Source of the DNA: Gammaproteobacteria bacterium
GTDB lineage: Bacteria > Pseudomonadota > Gammaproteobacteria > UBA4575
DNA length: 64,000 bases
Reading direction: 5' to 3'
Assembly (NCBI GenBank): GCA_965222615.1
Contig: CBDCUI010000007.1
Coordinates: 96,001-160,000, forward strand
In this document: positions 58,075-64,000 of the stretch, piece by piece
Position numbering within the stretch: position 1 is the first letter of the stretch
Layout: every line of letters begins with the position of its first letter
Translations under genes and position numbers: made by a program
Notes under the pieces: generated by a model
The model's input: only the letters and a program-made list of their open reading frames with translations
The model's database searches: none
What the model was told of the DNA's origin: nothing

Positions 58075-60534
58075 ATGCAGAGCGAGATACTAAGTACTAT
58101 AAAAAGTATACCGTCTTTTAGCTGGGGCATTTGCGTGTTGTATATTTTATTTTTTTCACAGAACATACTTGCTCAAGGCCCCCAAAAAATTCGTGTAAAA
58201 GATGCTCCACCACCAGGCTTTGAGGATTTGGTACGCCCTCAAACCACTGAAGTTGATGTGTATTATGGTAACGAAAAGGTCGGTAGTACTCTAGCCACTT
58301 ACACTCCTGATAGTATTGAGTTAATTTCACCAGAAGAGGTCACAGCAATAATTCCACATTTAATTGATCCAGACATAATTACTAAATCGCTATCAGGACC
58401 AATTAACACGCATGCAAGCGAAGTATGTTTATCAGAATTACAACGAGAATGCGGCATTATCGAACCAAATATTGCAGGCGTAATCTTTGATGAAAGTCGT
58501 TTTCGCTTATATGTATTTGTTAATAGCTTACAGTTACAGCCACAGGGAATTGTCTCTAATAAATTTTTACCTAAAATAACTTCACCTAAATTCTCGAGTG
58601 TCAATGCCTTCTCAAACAGCTTTAGTGGAGAAGATGGCGATTCCTCCTACACATCAGGTGCCAATCATATAATTTCTTACGGGCAATCACGGCTTCAAAC
58701 TCTATGGGACTATTCAGACACACTCGGTTTTAGCGTAGAAACATTGTCACTACAAAATGATAATGAGGGAATAGCTAAAGAATTGGGGTTTTTTAATTCC
58801 AATACACGCTTTACTTCTTTTACTAACAATTTAGATATAGCGGGCACACGTATTTATAGCTCTACTAACACACGCACAGATTTAGATTACTCGCAAGCTA
58901 CAGAAATATTTTTGTTTTTAAATTCACGCAGTCAAATTGAAGTTTTCAAAGACAATAAACTTATTGATGGTGGTTTCTATGATGCCGGCAACCAGCAGTT
59001 GGATACTTTGCGACTGCCCTCTGGATCGTATCCGATTACACTACGCATTACTGATTCTGCTGGAAATACAAGAGGGGAGCAATTCTTTTTTGTAAAAACT
59101 GCAATCTTGCCACCTCAGGATCAACCCTTACACTTCTTAGAAATGGGCCTGTTGGAAAAAGATAATTCTGAAGATAGTTTGCCAGAAATATCTGATAGTG
59201 AACTCATACGAGTTGGCACCGCCTACCGTTTGCAAAATAATCTCGGAGGTTCGATCGAATACTTACATTCTGCAGATATAGATTTAATGCAAGGCAGTTT
59301 AAGTTATTTTGGACCGGGTTATCTTTTACAAAACTCTATTATGTATGGAACCGACAGCGAATGGGGCTTGCAATTTTTAGGGCACTATCGCCGCGAGAAT
59401 TTTGCGATCAACTTTGATTACCGCCAAGTTGACTCTGCTCAAGATGATTTTGAAGAAGATATAGAGGCACGTATTTTGCCTGATGACTTTAGCCAAGGAA
59501 GTATCTCAGCAAGTATCCCTTTTCGCAAAGGACAATTAACATTACGTACACAATATAACGATAAGCGAGATGAAGATTCTAGAACTTCATATGGATTAGA
59601 TTACCGCTATCCACTCTTACAACGGAACCGTTATTCTATAGAAGCTAACTTTAGTTCCGCTTTTGAAGAAGACGACTACAGAATTCAATCCGGCCTACGT
59701 ATAACAAGAACAAAGCCAGGCCAATTTCTAACTATACATCCAAGTTATTTAGCCAGAGAAATTAATGGCGACTCTGAACAAGGACCACTTTTATTCGCAG
59801 GATTAACGAACAGCTATGAAAACACTCGTTATGGAAGATTTACATATGGTGGTTTTCTATCTGAAGAATTAGAACGCTCTACGGCTGGTGTACGCGCCGA
59901 AAATAGCTCTTCATATGGACGTGCTGATGTGCAATTTGAATGGATAGATGATGAAGATCGTGGTGATTTTACACGTTTCCGTGGAGTACAAAACGCTAAT
60001 GTTTTATCGGATGGCAAACAATTGACTTTTGGTGGAGATCGAAATACTAGCAGTGGTATTGTACTAAATCTGCAAGGACCATCCATTGATGAACCTTTTG
60101 AAATATTCGTAAATGGCCAACCACGTGGATTTACTAAAGTTGGTAAACGTACTGTGTTACCTTTAGATGCTTTTAACACATACTCAATACGCATTCGTTC
60201 AAGGAGTAATGAACTATTACACTTTGAAGAAGGCCCTCGTAAAATTACACTATATCCAGGTAATGTGCAGACTATCACTTATGATGTACAACCCGTGATA
60301 GTATTAATTACACGTATATTATTGGCCGATGGCTCACCTGCCGCACATGTGCGCATAGAAAATGCAATTGGCTATGCAGTGACGGATGAAGATGGCTGGC
60401 TGCAGGCAGAATTATCCGGTAATACCTCTTTGCAAATTTCTAAAAACGGTAAAGAAATTTGTAGCATTAAACTACCAAAGCTTGAAATTAATCAAGGTGT
60501 AGCGTTTGTTGATAATCTCAGCTGTAGTGAATAG
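58075..60534 (+). CDS. Fimbrial usher-like outer membrane protein (TcfC/CS1-type)
   Basis: 819 aa, PPGFEDL N-terminus, LPSGSYPITLRI, TLYPGNV, TDEDGW, C-terminal Cys pair. Confidence 0.75.
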   Translation: MQSEILSTIKSIPSFSWGICVLYILFFSQNILAQGPQKIRVKDAPPPGFEDLVRPQTTEVDVYYGNEKVGSTLATYTPDSIELISPEEVTAIIPHLIDPDIITKSLSGPINTHASEVCLSELQRECGIIEPNIAGVIFDESRFRLYVFVNSLQLQPQGIVSNKFLPKITSPKFSSVNAFSNSFSGEDGDSSYTSGANHIISYGQSRLQTLWDYSDTLGFSVETLSLQNDNEGIAKELGFFNSNTRFTSFTNNLDIAGTRIYSSTNTRTDLDYSQATEIFLFLNSRSQIEVFKDNKLIDGGFYDAGNQQLDTLRLPSGSYPITLRITDSAGNTRGEQFFFVKTAILPPQDQPLHFLEMGLLEKDNSEDSLPEISDSELIRVGTAYRLQNNLGGSIEYLHSADIDLMQGSLSYFGPGYLLQNSIMYGTDSEWGLQFLGHYRRENFAINFDYRQVDSAQDDFEEDIEARILPDDFSQGSISASIPFRKGQLTLRTQYNDKRDEDSRTSYGLDYRYPLLQRNRYSIEANFSSAFEEDDYRIQSGLRITRTKPGQFLTIHPSYLAREINGDSEQGPLLFAGLTNSYENTRYGRFTYGGFLSEELERSTAGVRAENSSSYGRADVQFEWIDDEDRGDFTRFRGVQNANVLSDGKQLTFGGDRNTSSGIVLNLQGPSIDEPFEIFVNGQPRGFTKVGKRTVLPLDAFNTYSIRIRSRSNELLHFEEGPRKITLYPGNVQTITYDVQPVIVLITRILLADGSPAAHVRIENAIGYAVTDEDGWLQAELSGNTSLQISKNGKEICSIKLPKLEINQGVAFVDNLSCSE

Positions 60535-60587
60535 CTATTTTTTCCAAGGACTATTTTCTTATTTTAAGTTTTATTTGCACTTCATAG

Positions 60588-61067
60588 TTATTCTGGTCCT
60601 ACAATTAATACTACTGTTCCCGTATAACGCCCTGCAGGCATCTGCGCTAAGTCGCTATCCGAAATAAGAATAGAAATATTTGCATTGGGACGATTGCATT
60701 GAGTCTGATTGCGACCTCTTCTTCTAGCTCTTAAACTAGCTAGCGCTCGTCCAGCTACAAGCTCCGTGGCACCGTTCGGACGTGGACGATCATTAAAAAA
60801 CAAACGATAGGGTAAAGTATTCCCAGCATTAGAAAGAACAAATGTATTTATGCCACCCTGGCCGTAAGCAGTTATTTGATAAAGGGGTGCTCCAGGGGGT
60901 CTAACTGTCACACATAGATTAGCATTAGCTCGTAATGGTCCCGCACCGATGACCCATCTGCCAAGGTTGAAATCTTCTAAACCATAGATGCGAATCTCTG
61001 CGAGTACAGATACAGAGCTAAACAATAATAACAGTATTACTAACAAGCATTTTGAATGCTTGAACAT
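60588..61067 (-). CDS. Pilin-like subunit, Arg-rich, putative tip
   Basis: Signal peptide, Cys pair, AGRYTGTVVLIVGPE terminal strand shared with neighbours. Confidence 0.7.
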   Translation of the reverse strand: MFKHSKCLLVILLLLFSSVSVLAEIRIYGLEDFNLGRWVIGAGPLRANANLCVTVRPPGAPLYQITAYGQGGINTFVLSNAGNTLPYRLFFNDRPRPNGATELVAGRALASLRARRRGRNQTQCNRPNANISILISDSDLAQMPAGRYTGTVVLIVGPE

Positions 61068-61099
61068 ATGACAACTACTTGTTTTGAGAAATGCTAAGA

Positions 61100-61714
61100 T
61101 TAGTCGGGAATGACAAGTAGTGTCAATGTCCCACTGTATACTCCTCCAGCGGCACTAGATAGTTCAGTATCTGGGATTTCTATTTCAACATTGGCATTGG
61201 TAATACACAAACCTATTACATTAAGAAAAAATACAAAGGCACTTCCAGTTTGGCCATGTAGAATCAAACCCGGTGTAAGCTGCTGATTACCTCCGGTTCC
61301 ATTTGCATCATTCCAATACACATTGTAATAAATCTGGTCTACTCCATTGCTAAGCGTGAATGCAGCTGGATCAAATCCATCACCATTGCCTGCAGCACGG
61401 ATTGCATAGGGTCCAAAAAAATCATTTTTACCTATACATACGTTGTCATTATCTGACAAAGTACCGTCACCTAAATTCCAATTACCAAAGTTGAAATCAC
61501 GTAAACTTCGTATCCATATTTGACGCCCAACCACGACTGTATTTTCTATAGTGCCAGTAGAGGTGACACCTTGTGAACCTTGCGTCGCAGCATCAAGAGA
61601 TGAAAATGATAAAATAATAAATACGGTCAGACAGTACAGCAGTACACCGCAAGAATGTCTAAAAAATAACCATATAGGTAATTTATTATTTTGTGAAATC
61701 TTTGAAAGATACAT
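61100..61714 (-). CDS. Minor pilin-like subunit (start uncertain)
   Basis: AATQG..G.TSTGT mature N-terminus, Cys pair, GVYSGTLTLLVIPD. Confidence 0.7.
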   Translation of the reverse strand: MYLSKISQNNKLPIWLFFRHSCGVLLYCLTVFIILSFSSLDAATQGSQGVTSTGTIENTVVVGRQIWIRSLRDFNFGNWNLGDGTLSDNDNVCIGKNDFFGPYAIRAAGNGDGFDPAAFTLSNGVDQIYYNVYWNDANGTGGNQQLTPGLILHGQTGSAFVFFLNVIGLCITNANVEIEIPDTELSSAAGGVYSGTLTLLVIPD

Positions 61715-61728
61715 ATTCGCTTACAAAC

Positions 61729-61767
61729 AAAAAATGCCAGCAGAAAATTATTCTGCTGGCATTTTTG
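61729..61767. terminator. Intrinsic terminator after the major pilin gene
   Basis: AAAAATGCCAGCAGAA-loop-TTCTGCTGGCATTTTT. Confidence 0.85.
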
Positions 61768-61797
61768 CAAAGTAAAAAACTATTGAAGACTTCAGAT

Positions 61798-62346
61798 TTA
61801 TCTAGGTGCAACTACAATAGTTAAGGTATCTGCATAAGTACCAGCACCCACTGCGCCCAAATTTGCATCTGGAACATTGATTGCGATAGTTGACTGAGGC
61901 GAACCACCGCAAATAGGTGATGTGGTATTTGCATTCGTGAAGTTAGTGTTATCCAGGACATTGTTATCCATATCAACAGCACCAGAAACACTGTCACTAA
62001 ACGTAACATCATAAACTACAAATGTGCCCGCATCATTTAACCGAAAATCTGTTCCACTTCCATTAGCGCTGGTGATTGTTACGTTGAAATCACCTGTGCC
62101 GCCGTTACGATATACACAAGCAGTGCTGCTGCCAGTGAAATCGGAGCCAGGCACATATGGACCTGTGATGTCTGCCAGACCTGAAATTTGAATTTGATCA
62201 CCAACACCCACAGAGATATCAACTGTACCTGTAGAATTTGGTCCCAAATTACCCTGCGTAGCTGCGAAAGTGCTACCAGCAACGACTAATGCGCTTGCTA
62301 CAAATAATCCTTTTAGAGCATTTTCGATTTTTTTCATTTGAATCAT
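61798..62346 (-). CDS. Probable major pilin
   Basis: Signal peptide, AATQG..G.NSTGT, Cys pair, GTYADTLTIVVAP; own terminator. Confidence 0.75.
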   Translation of the reverse strand: MIQMKKIENALKGLFVASALVVAGSTFAATQGNLGPNSTGTVDISVGVGDQIQISGLADITGPYVPGSDFTGSSTACVYRNGGTGDFNVTITSANGSGTDFRLNDAGTFVVYDVTFSDSVSGAVDMDNNVLDNTNFTNANTTSPICGGSPQSTIAINVPDANLGAVGAGTYADTLTIVVAPR

Positions 62347-62640
62347 TCCTAATTTGATTGTTAAAAAATCTTCCCAATTTGTCTTGGGCGTTACAAATTT
62401 TTCTGCTGGATTTGTTCCTTACCAAATGGACTAAATCGCAGACCAATGACCTAAAGTATATCGAGGTTTGTGTTTTTGAATCGTTTGAGCCGATGAAATA
62501 AAGCCCTTTAGTTACAATCGGTTAGCGTTGATGCTAAAGTGTTAGAGCTGGTCAATTAGTGACGAAAAAGGTCCAAATTTTTCTCATTGTCAGACAATAT
62601 ATGTCACTGTTATTAAGCTATAAGTCATTGATTCTTAAAA

Positions 62641-62955
62641 TTGTTTGAACACTTCAAAAAATTCGGTGTACTGCGTATCCTATTGTTGATCGCTGCATTA
62701 ATACTGATGTTCATTAGGCCTGAACCAGGCAGTCCTGCTGCACGCAGCGGAGTAGAAATGATCCCAACGCTAATTGCGCCGGCATTGACCCCTCTTGTTT
62801 TTATGCTTCTACTCTTTGATCTCATGATGAGTCGCATACGCATGACTGAAAATCATGTGCGCGAAAAATTTCGACACATTAGTTATATAGAGTTTGCGGT
62901 TGCATTGCTCTTATTCTTAATTTGGCTACCATTTTTTTTAGCCATAGGTCGCTAA
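62641..62955 (+). CDS. Hypothetical membrane protein
   Basis: Three hydrophobic segments; upstream of the spmAB-like gene. Confidence 0.65.
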   Translation: MFEHFKKFGVLRILLLIAALILMFIRPEPGSPAARSGVEMIPTLIAPALTPLVFMLLLFDLMMSRIRMTENHVREKFRHISYIEFAVALLLFLIWLPFFLAIGR

Positions 62956-62971
62956 GTCAAGAGCCTGATTG

Positions 62972-64000
62972 ATGCTCAATTACATTTGGTTTGGATTTTT
63001 TATTGCAGCTTTTCTTAGCTGCGTATTGCAATTTTTATTGTATGACAATAATGCAATTTTTACTCAAGTTATACAGGCTACATTTGACATGGCAGCATTG
63101 AGTGTTGAAATTGCTTTAGGTTTAGCAGGCGTGCTTTGTTTATGGCTTGGATTTTTCAGCATTGCTGAACGCGCCGGATTTGTCGAGTTATTAACCAAGC
63201 TGTTTCGACCTTTATTTAAGCATCTTATGCCAGATGTACCCAGCTCTCATCCAGCAATTGGCTCTGTCACGATGAATATGGCTGCCAATATGCTTGGCCT
63301 TGATAATGCGGCTACACCACTTGGACTTAAAGCCATGCAAGATTTGCAAAGCTTAAACTCGCAAAAAGATACAGCAAGCAACGCACAAATTTTATTTCTA
63401 GTATTAAATACCTCTTCTGTTACGCTGTTACCAGTAACAATCTTTCTTTTTCGTGCACAACAGGGTTCAACGGACCCAACTGCCGTATTTATACCCATCT
63501 TACTCGCAACAAGTGTTTCTACACTTGCTGGGCTGCTGCTTGTTGCATCCATACAAGGCCTTAAATTATTCAACAAAACTGTATTGTTATATGCAATAGG
63601 GTTTACAGCACTTATTGCACTTTTACTTAGCATCTTATTAGTGGGAGATTCCACTTCCTTAGCGGAACGATCTAGTCTATTAGGTAATTTACTTCTATTA
63701 ATGGTGATAATAGTATTTTTAACCCTGGGATTTGTACGCAAAGTTAATGTCTATGACGCTTTTATTGATGGCGCCAAACAGGGTTTTGAGGTAGCCGTCA
63801 AAATTATTCCCTATTTAGTTGCAATGTTAGTTGCAATTGGAGTATTACGCGCCAGCCTAGTTCTAGATGCTGTACTTGGCATTATTGAAAAAACATTCGC
63901 TGCAATTGGACTCAATACCGACTTTGTAGCAGCCTTACCCACTGCGCTGATGCGACCATTCTCAGGTAGTGGCGCACGTGCAATGCTATTAGAAACCATG
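62972..64000 (+). CDS. Fused SpmA/SpmB nucleoside-recognition (Gate) membrane protein, 3' truncated; absent from ORF track
   Basis: Frame from MLNYIWFGFF through ANMLGLDNAATPLGLKAM to RPFSGSGARAM at the window end. Confidence 0.9.
   Translation, partial: MLNYIWFGFFIAAFLSCVLQFLLYDNNAIFTQVIQATFDMAALSVEIALGLAGVLCLWLGFFSIAERAGFVELLTKLFRPLFKHLMPDVPSSHPAIGSVTMNMAANMLGLDNAATPLGLKAMQDLQSLNSQKDTASNAQILFLVLNTSSVTLLPVTIFLFRAQQGSTDPTAVFIPILLATSVSTLAGLLLVASIQGLKLFNKTVLLYAIGFTALIALLLSILLVGDSTSLAERSSLLGNLLLLMVIIVFLTLGFVRKVNVYDAFIDGAKQGFEVAVKIIPYLVAMLVAIGVLRASLVLDAVLGIIEKTFAAIGLNTDFVAALPTALMRPFSGSGARAMLLETM

Noticed and set aside
63247-63999. Minus-strand ORFs 63247-63741 and 63811-63999
   Set aside because: Antisense to the spmAB-like plus-strand frame, which has recognisable motifs

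Overview
AT-rich gammaproteobacterial chromosome segment, mostly housekeeping genes: surA-pdxA-rsmA-apaG-apaH, ppk2, lgt-thyA-folA, tupBCA, ygfB-pepP-ubiH-ubiI, zapA-6S RNA, ilvA/rpiA, rplM-rpsI, coq7/speD/crp/zur, rpe-gph-trpEGDC, creD, a CS1/ECP-like pilus locus and a truncated spmAB. The main candidate for a new system is an accessory island at about 17.5-22.7 kb. There a lone Abi-P2-like reverse transcriptase (YRDD) is bracketed by two inverted ~260-270 bp non-coding elements. They share near-identical outer blocks, while their inner parts differ in sequence but keep the same nested stem-loop architecture. A third copy of the element terminus bounds a second cargo block (cytochrome b, membrane LuxR, 33-aa membrane peptide), and an IS481 sits in a REP-like palindrome at the right edge. 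Other notable signals are a 157-aa protamine-like protein (~70% Lys+Arg), a candidate ~90-nt Hfq-type sRNA upstream of rplM, a trpE leader peptide, four apparently leaderless genes, and MITEs (one supplies the C-terminus of Rpe). All family assignments come from motif recognition by eye; no searches were run.
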